Positions 28,997 through 39,539 of a stretch of 64,000 bases of DNA are shown one piece after another; position 1 is the stretch's first letter, and each line of letters begins with the position of its first letter. Origin of the DNA: an uncultured Thermoleophilaceae bacterium. Lineage in GTDB: Bacteria; Actinomycetota; Thermoleophilia; Solirubrobacterales; Thermoleophilaceae. Location: contig CAWFBT010000016.1 in NCBI GenBank assembly GCA_963814095.1, positions 32,000 to 95,999 on the forward strand. Reading direction: 5' to 3'. The notes under the pieces were generated by a model that saw only the letters and a list, made by a program, of their open reading frames with translations, had not been told where the DNA came from and made no database searches. Position numbers and translations under genes: made by a program.

Positions 28997-30259
28997 GTGC
29001 CGGCAGCACAGGCGGCGCCGGTCTCCTCGCACGCGATGGTCTACAGCTGCTGCACGCCACCGGGGCTGGCGGAGCGGATCTTCGCGGAGGCGGCCGCCAC
29101 CGGCTCCGAGTTCGTGCGCGTGGATGTGCAGATGGGCGACGTCTTCGAGCAAGAGGCCGGTCGTCCCGCCGCGGCGCCTGACTGGACCGGCCTCGACCGC
29201 ATGACCGAGCTGGCTCGGCGGCACGGCGTGCACGTGCTCGGGATCCTGCTGAATCCACCGTCGTGGCTGACGAGCTGCCCGGACCGCTTCCCGCACCACG
29301 TGCGCTGCCCGGCCGTGGACGCCGCGGAGTTCGGGCGACTCGCCGGCGCGATCGCCGCCCACGCGGGCGCAGCGATCGATCACTGGGAGATCCTCAACGA
29401 GCCCGACGGCGACTGGGCCTTCGAGGGCTCGCCGGAGGAGTACGCGCGCATGCTCTTGGCTGCCCGCGCGGGAATCGCGGCGCGCGCGCCCGAGGACCGG
29501 ATCGTGCTCGGCGGCCTCATGAGCCCGCACCAGCCCGAGTGGCTCGAGCGCGTGCTGGCCGTGGCTGGCGCGGCGCAGAGCTTCGACATCGCAAACGTGC
29601 ACCTGCGTGGCTCGGTCGCGGCGGTCGTCAACCGCTACGCCGAGGTGCGCGCACGCTTGGCCCAGCGTGGCTTCACGGGGCCGCTGTGGGTCACGGAGCA
29701 CGGCTATGCGGCGGAGCCCGTGTTTCAGAGCGACCCCGCCTACCGCGGCGGCGACGACGCCCAAGCCCGTTATCTCACTCAGTCGCTCGTCGGGCTGGGC
29801 GAGGCCGGCGCGGAGCAGGTGTTCGTGACGCTCCGTGACCAGGGCACCGGCACCTACGCGACGGAGGGGCTCGCAAACATCAGCGAGGCCCCGGGGTACG
29901 AGGTACGACGGCGGCCGGCCTTCGCCGCGGTTCAGCGAGTCGCCACGGGCTGGGATCAGCTGCTGGCTTGGCGCGCGGACCAGCGCCGGCACGAGCAGCT
30001 ACAGCGCGACAGCGCGGCGGCCGCGACGCTCTGGCGCGAGCAGGCGATCACCGGGAGACAGCGCCTGCGCCGGGCCCGCGCGCTGGTTGCCGAGCTGACG
30101 CGGTCGGGCGGGCGCCGGCTGGGCCGGGCACGGCGGCTGGTCACGCGCTACCGGCGCGAGCTCGGCTGGCAGCGGGCCGTGCTGGCCGACTACCGGATCC
30201 GCACGGGCCTGCACGCGGCGGCGGCCGCGGACCTCAGGGCGCTGATCGCCGGCCCCTGA
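28997..30259 (+). CDS. Glycoside-hydrolase-like (clan GH-A TIM barrel) secreted protein; signal peptide apparently out of frame
   Basis: WEILNEPD (acid/base-like) and LWVTEHGY (nucleophile-like) motifs. An ATG at 28944 in another frame encodes [14 protein letters not shown]…, while this frame continues …[11 protein letters not shown]. Confidence 0.7.
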   Translation: MPAAQAAPVSSHAMVYSCCTPPGLAERIFAEAAATGSEFVRVDVQMGDVFEQEAGRPAAAPDWTGLDRMTELARRHGVHVLGILLNPPSWLTSCPDRFPHHVRCPAVDAAEFGRLAGAIAAHAGAAIDHWEILNEPDGDWAFEGSPEEYARMLLAARAGIAARAPEDRIVLGGLMSPHQPEWLERVLAVAGAAQSFDIANVHLRGSVAAVVNRYAEVRARLAQRGFTGPLWVTEHGYAAEPVFQSDPAYRGGDDAQARYLTQSLVGLGEAGAEQVFVTLRDQGTGTYATEGLANISEAPGYEVRRRPAFAAVQRVATGWDQLLAWRADQRRHEQLQRDSAAAATLWREQAITGRQRLRRARALVAELTRSGGRRLGRARRLVTRYRRELGWQRAVLADYRIRTGLHAAAAADLRALIAGP

Positions 30260-30290
30260 GCGGCCGCGACCATCTATCTTCGGCGCGACC

Positions 30291-30905
30291 GTGACCGACG
30301 TGCCGGAGAACGAGCGCCCGGCCGACCTCAGGCGTCGCGCCGCCGAGCTGCTCGAGCACAACCTGCAGCGGGTCGAGACGACGCCGCGCCGTCCGCTCGA
30401 CCCCAACCTGATCCGTACCGAGGCCGACCAGGCGGTGGTCAACGTGTCGGCCGCCTTCGAGACCCTCAACGCGCTCGGTCTCGTGACCGAGGCGGACCGC
30501 GAGCGCTTCTTCCGGCGGCTGCGCGAGATCACGAGCACGGCGTACGCGCCGTTCCGCGGCGTCGAGCTCAGGCGCGTGGTGCGCGCCGAGTCCGCGCGTG
30601 AGACGCCCGGCCTGCACCTCCTCGCCGCCGAGCTCTACGGCGACGGGGTGCTGCTGCGCTGGCTGTTCGTGTCGCCGCCCGCCAACCCGGACAGCGCCGG
30701 GAGCGGCGAGCACAAGCCGCCCGCCGCCTTCTCGCTCTGGGACGACGCCGGGACCGCCTACACGCCGCAGGGCGGCGGCTGGATCCCGGGGCACCACCTG
30801 CGCGGCGATACCGCGTTCGTCCCCGCCGTGCCTGCCGCCGCGACGAAGCTCGAGATCGCAGCCGGACGCCACCGCTTCGAGCTGCAGCTGCGCCCCCCGG
30901 CCTAG
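30291..30905 (+). CDS. Hypothetical protein
   Basis: 204-aa ORF with GTG start and coding-like GC3 bias. No family recognised. Confidence 0.5.
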   Translation: MTDVPENERPADLRRRAAELLEHNLQRVETTPRRPLDPNLIRTEADQAVVNVSAAFETLNALGLVTEADRERFFRRLREITSTAYAPFRGVELRRVVRAESARETPGLHLLAAELYGDGVLLRWLFVSPPANPDSAGSGEHKPPAAFSLWDDAGTAYTPQGGGWIPGHHLRGDTAFVPAVPAAATKLEIAAGRHRFELQLRPPA

Positions 30906-30915
30906 GACCAAGGCC

Positions 30916-31437
30916 TCAGGCCGCGGGTGCCGGCGGGGTGGTGGGCGCCGGCGCGGCGGGCGCCGCCTCGACGGGCGCCGGTGCCGGAGCGGCCTCGACC
31001 GGCGCGGGTGCGGGCGCAGTCTCGGCGGGCGGAGCGGGAGCCGTCTCGACGGGCGCCGTCTCGACGGGTGCGGGCGCCGGGGCCGCCGGAGCGGGCTCGC
31101 TCGGCGCCGCGGGCGCCTCTTCCGCAGTCGGCTCCTCCGCGCTCGGCTCCTCGGTCTGCGGCGGCGTCTGCGGCTCGGCCGGCTCCGGTGCGGGCACGGC
31201 GTCGTCGACGTCCTCGTCGTCCCGGTCCCGAGACAGGTCCTCGAGCACGTCGAGCGGGCCGCGGTCGTCCGTGTCCTCGTCGCGCGCCGAGCGCCGCTCG
31301 CGCTGAGGCTCGTCGCCTTCGTCGAGCACGTCACGTGGGCCGCGGTCCTCCGCGTCGTCGTCGCGCGCCGGGCGCCGGTCGCGCTGGGGCTCGTCGCCTT
31401 CGTCGCTCACGGGATCGACCGGGCTGGTCTCATCCAC
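30916..31437 (-). CDS. Highly acidic, repeat-containing disordered protein
   Basis: 173 aa. Two roughly 27-aa repeats (DEGDEPQR[DE]RR.ARD[DE]D..DRGP.DVL) followed by Pro/Ala/Glu-rich repeats (APAPAPVEA x2, APVET x2). The start overlaps the upstream gene by 8 nt. Confidence 0.5.
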   Translation of the reverse strand: MDETSPVDPVSDEGDEPQRDRRPARDDDAEDRGPRDVLDEGDEPQRERRSARDEDTDDRGPLDVLEDLSRDRDDEDVDDAVPAPEPAEPQTPPQTEEPSAEEPTAEEAPAAPSEPAPAAPAPAPVETAPVETAPAPPAETAPAPAPVEAAPAPAPVEAAPAAPAPTTPPAPAA

Positions 31438-32386
31438 ATCGGGCGCGGCGTCGATCCTCGTCGCCGGTCACCGGCCGCTGCGGCGGCGCCGACACCTCGA
31501 GAATCATCGCGGTGGGCGCGGGCGTCATCTCGACCCGCACCACCGGCTGCGGGGGCGGAGGAGCGGGCGCGGCGGGTGCGACCGGCGCCGGCGGAGCGGC
31601 CTGGGCGCCGGCCGTCTGCGCGGCCACCTGCGTGTTCGCGGCGTCCTTCGCCCTCCCGGCGGGCGCGGGCCCATCGCTGCGTGACGCGTTCGCGCTGGCC
31701 GCGGCCGGGGCGGCGGGACCGCCTGAAGGAGCGGCCGGGGCGGCGAAGGCCTGACCCACGTCGCCTGCTGCGCCGGGCACCAACCCGGCGACCATACCGC
31801 CGGAGCCCTGCGCGGCGCCGCCGGTCTCCTTGGAACCGCGCTCGCCGGCGTCGCGCGCCGCGACGTCGTCGCCGCTCGCGGCCTCGTCGCTCCCGGCGGG
31901 CTGAAGCGGTGCGATCGGGATCACCTCGGCTTGGCTCAGCACGCCCACGCCGACCACCCCGGCGGCGGCGACCGCCGCCCCCACCGGGATCGGCGAGCTG
32001 AACGGCAGGCGCAGCGGCGAGCGGCGGCTCGGTGCGACCTCGTCCGGCTGGACGCCGACCTCGGGCGCCTTCGCCTCGGCGATGAACGGCTCGAGCGCGA
32101 TGCGCGGAACGGTCTGGTCGATCAACTCGCGCAGCGGCACGCGGCCGCCGCTGCGGCGCTGCGTCCAGGCGATGATCAGGAGCGCGCGGTCGAAGCTGCC
32201 CTGCAGGTCGTGCCCGCGCGGATCGGCCTTGAGCGCGACTTCCCAGGCGGCCTCGCAGTAGCCGAGCAGCGTCGCGCGCGGCACGGCCGGGTAGCTCTCT
32301 CGCGCGCGTGCGAGCGCGAGCGCACGCTGGACCTCGAGGTCAGCGAGCGGGTCTACCTGGAGTCCTATGCCGAGGTCGCGGTCCAT
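31430..32386 (-). CDS. Hypothetical single-pass membrane protein with Pro/Ala-rich C-terminal half
   Basis: Inner ATG MDRDLGIGLQVDPLADLEVQRAL…; TM helix IPVGAAVAAAGVVGVGVL; low-complexity tail. Confidence 0.5.
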   Translation of the reverse strand: MDRDLGIGLQVDPLADLEVQRALALARARESYPAVPRATLLGYCEAAWEVALKADPRGHDLQGSFDRALLIIAWTQRRSGGRVPLRELIDQTVPRIALEPFIAEAKAPEVGVQPDEVAPSRRSPLRLPFSSPIPVGAAVAAAGVVGVGVLSQAEVIPIAPLQPAGSDEAASGDDVAARDAGERGSKETGGAAQGSGGMVAGLVPGAAGDVGQAFAAPAAPSGGPAAPAAASANASRSDGPAPAGRAKDAANTQVAAQTAGAQAAPPAPVAPAAPAPPPPQPVVRVEMTPAPTAMILEVSAPPQRPVTGDEDRRRARCG

Positions 32387-32469
32387 GGCCGATCTGCGCG
32401 CTCTGAGTGTCCCCCGCGCCGGGCGTACCCAAACGCTCACTAGAAGCCGCAGCAGGGTATAAGACATCG

Positions 32470-33564
32470 ATGGCCGAGGGGACACCTCCGCGCTTCAAGC
32501 TGACCGGCACCACGGCCGGCAGCGGCACGCCGCGCGAACGCCCCCCGAGCGACGCCCCCGAGGCTCCGCCGCCGAGGGCGAACGGGCGCCCGCCGGCCCG
32601 CCCGCCCGACTCGAGCGGCTTCCGCCGCGGCGACGTCTACACGCGGCCGGTCGTCCAGGGCCGCGAGGTCCGCGAGGGGACCTGGTCGCGGCTGCGTGGG
32701 CGCATGCGCGAGCTCGCGACGAGCGAGGGCGAGCGCCGCGAGCAGGAGCTCGATCAGGCGCTCCATGAGGCACCGCGCGCCACGCGCACGAACACGATCG
32801 CGGTCGTCTCACCCAAGGGCGGGGTGGGAAAGACGACCTGCACCTTCCTCGTCGGCAACCTCCTGGCGCAGGCGCTCAACCTGCGTGTGGTCGCGGTCGA
32901 TGCGAACCGCGACTTCGGCACGCTCGCCTCACTCGCCCCCGACGACGCCCGCGTCGACCGCACACTGGCCGACCTGCTTCCCCACCTCGAGCACATCGAC
33001 TCGGTCTCGGACGTGCTCGCCTACGTGTCGCAGCTGCCCTCGGGCCTGCACGTGCTCGCCGCGCCGGAGCAGGCCGAGGTGATGGCCGCCATGACGCCCG
33101 AGACCTACGGCGACCTGCTCGACCTGCTCGGGCGCTTCTACGAGGTGATCCTGCTCGACCTGGGCACCGGGATCATCGACCCGCTGGCCCAGTTCGGGAT
33201 CCGCCGCGCCGACCAGGCCCTGCTCGTCACGACCCCGGAGTACGTGACGGCCGACAAGGTGCTCGGCGCGCTGCGCTACCTCAACGCCGAGGCCGGCTGG
33301 GACAGCGGCGACGCCGAGGAGAGCCTCAACCGCAAGCGCCTGACGGTCGTGCTCAACAGGGCGCCGTCGGAGCGCTCGGGCGACCGCAAGGTGATCGAGT
33401 CCGCCTTCCGGCGCTTCGGAATCGGCCGCCACGTGACGATCCCGTACGACGACAGGCTGCGGGTGATGCTCGACTCGGCCACCTACTCGCTCGGCGAGCT
33501 CGACCGCTCGGTGCGCCTGCCGGTGAAGCGGCTCGGGGTCGACGTCGTCGACCGGCTGATCTGA
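32470..33564 (+). CDS. ParA/MinD-family ATPase with disordered Pro/Arg-rich N-terminus
   Basis: Inner ATG MAEGTPPRFKL…; deviant Walker A VVSPKGGVGKTT; Walker B ILLDLGTG. Architecture resembles actinobacterial Ssd/EspI-type MinD-like proteins (from memory). Confidence 0.85.
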   Translation: MAEGTPPRFKLTGTTAGSGTPRERPPSDAPEAPPPRANGRPPARPPDSSGFRRGDVYTRPVVQGREVREGTWSRLRGRMRELATSEGERREQELDQALHEAPRATRTNTIAVVSPKGGVGKTTCTFLVGNLLAQALNLRVVAVDANRDFGTLASLAPDDARVDRTLADLLPHLEHIDSVSDVLAYVSQLPSGLHVLAAPEQAEVMAAMTPETYGDLLDLLGRFYEVILLDLGTGIIDPLAQFGIRRADQALLVTTPEYVTADKVLGALRYLNAEAGWDSGDAEESLNRKRLTVVLNRAPSERSGDRKVIESAFRRFGIGRHVTIPYDDRLRVMLDSATYSLGELDRSVRLPVKRLGVDVVDRLI

Positions 33565-33570
33565 GCGGGC

Positions 33571-33924
33571 GTGCCGCGGACGATCAGAGAGCGGCCCCGC
33601 TACGCGTTGCTGCTGGGCCTCGGGTTGGCGGGCCTGGTCGCGCTCGGCGTCGCCGCCGGGCTCCTGCTGGCGGGTGGCGACGACTCGCCTGACCCGGCCC
33701 CCGACCGCGGCGCGAGCGCCGAGGCCCGTCAGCTGCGTGCCACGCGCGCGGAGCTCGAGGACTCGCAGGCGAAGCTCGACTCGCTCGAGGGCGAGCGCGA
33801 GAACGTCGGCGACGCGGTGGCCAGGCAGCGCACCCGTGCCGAAGCCTGGCGACGCCGCGCGCTGCGGGCCGAGCGTCGCAACCGCGGGCTGCGCCGGGCG
33901 CTCGCTCAGGCTCGCCAGGAGTAG
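33571..33924 (+). CDS. Small membrane-anchored coiled-coil protein
   Basis: 117 aa, GTG start 7 nt after the ATPase stop. TM helix YALLLGLGLAGLVALGVAAGLLLAG, then a charged heptad-like segment. Confidence 0.5.
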   Translation: MPRTIRERPRYALLLGLGLAGLVALGVAAGLLLAGGDDSPDPAPDRGASAEARQLRATRAELEDSQAKLDSLEGERENVGDAVARQRTRAEAWRRRALRAERRNRGLRRALAQARQE

Positions 33925-33928
33925 GGCG

Positions 33929-34378
33929 CTAGCGCCCGGGGCGCTCGATCGGGACGCGTACCGCGCGAATGCCGTCGCGCGGCATGAGCTCCCGCCCGGG
34001 CGGTTCGTACAGCACCAGCTCGCGCTTGAAGGAGCGCCGCACGCGCTCGATCTCGGCCGCCAGCTCGGCCTGCACGCGTTCCGCCTGGCGCTCGATGTTG
34101 CGCATGCGCCGGCGCATCCGGTCGATCTCCTCCTCCAGCTCGAACACGCGCTCGACGCCCGCGAGGTTCATGCCGAGCTCGCTCGTGAGCTGCTGGATCC
34201 GCCTGAGCCGCTCGACGTCGTCCTGTGAGTAGAGGCGCGTGTTCTTCGGCGAGCGCTTCGGGGTGATGAGGCCGCGCGCCTCATAGATCCGCAGCGTCTG
34301 CGGATGCATGCCGGCGAGCTCGGCGGCCACCGAGATCATGTAGACGCCGCGCGCGCGCCCGGGGGGCTCGACCGCCAT
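33929..34378 (-). CDS. hspR: MerR-family heat-shock repressor HspR
   Basis: ISVAAELAGMHPQTLRIYEARGLITPKRSPKNTRLYS… is a MerR HTH. It is the last gene of the dnaK-grpE-dnaJ operon, as in Streptomyces and Mycobacterium. Confidence 0.9.
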   Translation of the reverse strand: MAVEPPGRARGVYMISVAAELAGMHPQTLRIYEARGLITPKRSPKNTRLYSQDDVERLRRIQQLTSELGMNLAGVERVFELEEEIDRMRRRMRNIERQAERVQAELAAEIERVRRSFKRELVLYEPPGRELMPRDGIRAVRVPIERPGR

Positions 34379-34384
34379 CGCTCG

Positions 34385-35482
34385 CTACTTCCTCCCCGCG
34401 AGCAGCCGCTCGCGCGGGTTGCCGTCGATCACGGTGGCCAGCTCGTCGACGACCTCCGCCTGCTCCTTCGAGAGCTCGCTCGGCACCTCGATCGAGAGCC
34501 GGTAGTGGATGTCGCCGCGGCCCTTGCCGTTCAGCTTCGGCGGCCCCTCGCCCCTCAGACGCTGCACGGTGCCGTGCTGGGTGCCGGACGGGACCCGGAT
34601 GCGCTTCGTGCCGGCCAGCGTCGGGACCTCGATCGTCGCGCCCCGGATCGCCTCCGGGATCGTGATCGGCACCTCGACCTCGAGGTTGTCGCCCTTGCGG
34701 CGGAAGATCGGCGAGTCGGTTACGTGCGTGACCACGTACAGGTCACCCGAGGCGCCGCCGCGGGGACCGGCCTCGCCCTTGCCGGCGAGCCGGACGCGGC
34801 TGCCCTCGCGGACGCCGGCCGGGATGTTCACGCGGTAGCGCTTGACCTGGCGCGTGCGGCCGGTGCCGTCGCAGGTCGGGCAGGGGTCCTTGATCTCGGT
34901 GCCGGTCCCGCCGCACTGGCGGCAGGGCTGGGTGATCGAGAAGAGCCCCTGCGACTCGGCCTCGACGCCGCGTCCCTGGCAGCGCGAGCAGATCGTCGGC
35001 TGCGTGCCGGGCTTCGCTCCGGTGCCGCGGCAGGTCGGGCAGGGCGCGGACAGCGGCACCGACACCGGGATCTGCGCGCCCTCCATCGCTTGGTCGAACG
35101 AGATGTGCACCTCGGTCTCGAGGTCGCGGCCGCGCTCGGGCCCGGCCGAGCCGCCGCGACCGGTCCCGCCTCCGAAGAGGTCGGACAGGATGTCGCCAAA
35201 GCCGCCGAAGCCGCTCCCGCCGCCGCCTGTGCGGAAGGCGCCGGGGTCGAAGCCGCCACCGAAGATCCCGCCGCCCGAGTCGTACTCCTTGCGCTTCTTC
35301 TCGTCGGACAGGATCGAGTAGGCCTGCTGGACCTCCTTGAAGCGCTCCTCGGCGCCCTTGTCGCCGTGGTTCGCGTCCGGGTGGTACTGGCGCGCCAGCT
35401 TGCGGTAGGCCTTCTTGATCTCCTCGTCGGAGGCCTTGCGGTCGACGCCCAGCGCCTTGTAGGGGTCCTTCACCGCCGGCAT
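34385..35482 (-). CDS. dnaJ: Molecular chaperone DnaJ
   Basis: J-domain with HPD (QYHPDAN), a G/F region, and four CxxCxGxG motifs ([32 protein letters not shown]). Confidence 0.95.
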   Translation of the reverse strand: MPAVKDPYKALGVDRKASDEEIKKAYRKLARQYHPDANHGDKGAEERFKEVQQAYSILSDEKKRKEYDSGGGIFGGGFDPGAFRTGGGGSGFGGFGDILSDLFGGGTGRGGSAGPERGRDLETEVHISFDQAMEGAQIPVSVPLSAPCPTCRGTGAKPGTQPTICSRCQGRGVEAESQGLFSITQPCRQCGGTGTEIKDPCPTCDGTGRTRQVKRYRVNIPAGVREGSRVRLAGKGEAGPRGGASGDLYVVTHVTDSPIFRRKGDNLEVEVPITIPEAIRGATIEVPTLAGTKRIRVPSGTQHGTVQRLRGEGPPKLNGKGRGDIHYRLSIEVPSELSKEQAEVVDELATVIDGNPRERLLAGRK

Positions 35483-35484
35483 GG

Positions 35485-36062
35485 CTATGCGGACACCACC
35501 ACGCGGGCCGGACGAAGCACCGTGCCGTTGGCGCGGTAGCCCTTCTCGACGACGTCGATCACGACACCGGACTCGGCGCCGTCCTGGGGCCGCATCGAGA
35601 GTGCCTCGTGCTCACCCGGATCGAAGCGCTCGCCGCTCGGGTCGAACTGCTGGACGCCGTTGCGCTCGAGCACCGCGATCAGCTCAGAGTGGACGAGCCG
35701 GACGCCCTCGGCGAGGTGCTGCTCGGACTCGCCGGCGGACGCGAGAGCGCGCTCCAGGTTGTCGACCACCGGGAGCAGCTCGCGGACGAGCCCGCTCTTC
35801 GCGCGCTCACCCGCGGCGGCCGCCTCCTTGGCAGCGCGCTTGCGGTAGTTCTCGAAGTCGGCCTGGGAGCGGCGGGCGAGGTCGAGGTACTCATCGCGCT
35901 CGCGCTGGGTGCGCGCGAGCGGGTCCTCGGCCTCGACCGCCTCCTTCTCCTCGAACTGCTCCCGCTCGTTCTGCGGGTCCTCCTCGCCGGAGGGCTCGCC
36001 CGCCTCGTCGCGAGACGTGACAGGTTCCTCCTCCGGCGGGACGGGCGGGTTCTCGAACATCA

Positions 36063-36063
<1 letters not shown>
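35485..36063 (-). CDS. grpE: Nucleotide exchange factor GrpE
   Basis: 192 aa, …[12 protein letters not shown]… GrpE signature. The start overlaps the dnaK stop by 1 nt. Confidence 0.93.
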
Positions 36064-37988
<1,925 letters not shown>

Positions 37989-38134
37989 CCGTACGTTCTC
38001 CTTTGCCGCTTGCAATCGAAAGAAATCTGAGTGCGAGTATGGCAGATCATCGACGCGGCGCCAATGACGGGGCCCGCCGGGGCGCAGTCAGGCCTGCGGC
38101 GCGGGCACCCATCAGCCATTAGGCTTCCGCGGCC

Positions 38135-38686
38135 ATGCCTCGCCGCCCGCTCGCGCCGCTCGTCCTGCTCGCGCTGCTTGCGGCGCTTGCGCTCGCGGCC
38201 TGCGGCGACGACGACTCCGACTCCGGCGGCGGGTCGGCGGACACGAGCCGGCAGGAGAGCGATCCTGCACCTGAGACGGGCACCGAGACGGAGGCCCCGA
38301 CGGACCTCACGGACACGAGCGTCAAGCCGGTGATCGACAAGCCCTCCGGGACGCCGCCGCGGCGGATCGTCAAGGAGGACATCGTCAAGGGCAAGGGTCC
38401 GGGCGCGAAGCCGGGCGACACCGTGATCGTCAACTACGTGGGCGTCAGCTTCTCGACAGGCGAGGAGTTCGACGCGTCCTGGGATTCGGGCCAGCCGTTC
38501 CCCGTCCAGCTGGGCGCCGGCGGTGTCATCGAGGGCTGGGAGAAGGGACTCGTCGGCATCAAGAAGGGTGGCCGGCGCGAGCTGATCATCCCGCCCGAGC
38601 AGGCCTACGGCGCGCAGGGAGCGCCGCCGTCGATCGGGCCGAACGAGACGCTCGTCTTCGTGATCGACGCGCTCGAGATCCTCTAG
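38135..38686 (+). CDS. FKBP-type peptidyl-prolyl cis-trans isomerase lipoprotein
   Basis: Signal plus lipobox LALAACG; FKBP core GDTVIVNYVGV…FDASW…GAGGVIEGWEKGL.GIKKGGRRELIIPP…AYG. Confidence 0.9.
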   Translation: MPRRPLAPLVLLALLAALALAACGDDDSDSGGGSADTSRQESDPAPETGTETEAPTDLTDTSVKPVIDKPSGTPPRRIVKEDIVKGKGPGAKPGDTVIVNYVGVSFSTGEEFDASWDSGQPFPVQLGAGGVIEGWEKGLVGIKKGGRRELIIPPEQAYGAQGAPPSIGPNETLVFVIDALEIL

Positions 38687-38702
38687 GAGTAGCCTCACCT
38701 GC

Positions 38703-39539
38703 ATGAGTCGCAGCACCGGCCCGGCTGCAGACGAGATGGCCCAGGCGCAGGATCTGCCGCAGCTCGATGCGAGCTCGCTGGTCGACGGCGAGCGCCTCGA
38801 GGCGGAGGTCAAGGCCATGTACCGGCACGTCGCGCGCGAGGAGAGCGCCGACCTGCACTTCGAGCTGGGCAGAGAGCTCGCCGAGGAGCTCGGCTACCCG
38901 CCCGAGCTGCTCGATGCGATCCCTGCCGAGGCGGTCGGCTCGTTCGCGGGCGTCGGCTATCACCTCGACCTCGCCACCCTGCGGCCGGGCGAGACGGTGC
39001 TCGACCTCGGCTCGGGCTCGGGCACGGATGTCTTCTGCGCGGCCGTGCAGGTCGGCGAGTCGGGCCGCGTCGTCGGCGTCGACATCACCGACGAGCAGCT
39101 CGCCAAGGCTGCGCGCCTGCGTGAGCGCGACGGCTTCAGCCAGGTCGAGCTCGTCGAGTCGCACATCGAGGAGCTGCCGTTCGAGGACGCGAGCTTCGAC
39201 GTCGTCATCTCGAACGGCGTGATCAACCTGTCGGTGCTGAAGGGACGCGTCTTCGCCGAGGCCGCGCGCGTGCTCCGTCCCGGCGGCCGCTTCGCTATCA
39301 CCGACATCGTCAGCGGACGCGCACTCAAGGAGCGCACGCGTCGCAACGTGGAGCTGTGGGCCGCCTGCATCGCGGGAGCGATCCCGCGCACGAAGTACCT
39401 CGAGGCGCTCGCGGCGGAAGGCCTCGAGACGAAGGAGGTGCGGAAGAACGACTACCGCTTCACCTCCGATCGCGCGCTCGACGCCTGCAGCACCTACGAG
39501 GTCGAGAGCATCTCGCTGCTCGCCGTCAAGAGCGCCTAG
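38703..39539 (+). CDS. SAM-dependent methyltransferase, arsenite methyltransferase (ArsM)-like
   Basis: VLDLGSGSG.D motif I; …VISNGVINLS…PGGRF.I.D… typical of the ArsM/UbiE-like subgroup. However, the paired N-terminal cysteines I associate with ArsM are not obvious. Confidence 0.7.
   Translation: MSRSTGPAADEMAQAQDLPQLDASSLVDGERLEAEVKAMYRHVAREESADLHFELGRELAEELGYPPELLDAIPAEAVGSFAGVGYHLDLATLRPGETVLDLGSGSGTDVFCAAVQVGESGRVVGVDITDEQLAKAARLRERDGFSQVELVESHIEELPFEDASFDVVISNGVINLSVLKGRVFAEAARVLRPGGRFAITDIVSGRALKERTRRNVELWAACIAGAIPRTKYLEALAAEGLETKEVRKNDYRFTSDRALDACSTYEVESISLLAVKSA

Noticed and set aside
28889-29992. 367-aa minus-strand ORF
   Set aside because: It is antisense to the GH-like gene that carries NEP / TEHGY catalytic-type motifs, and no domain is recognisable.
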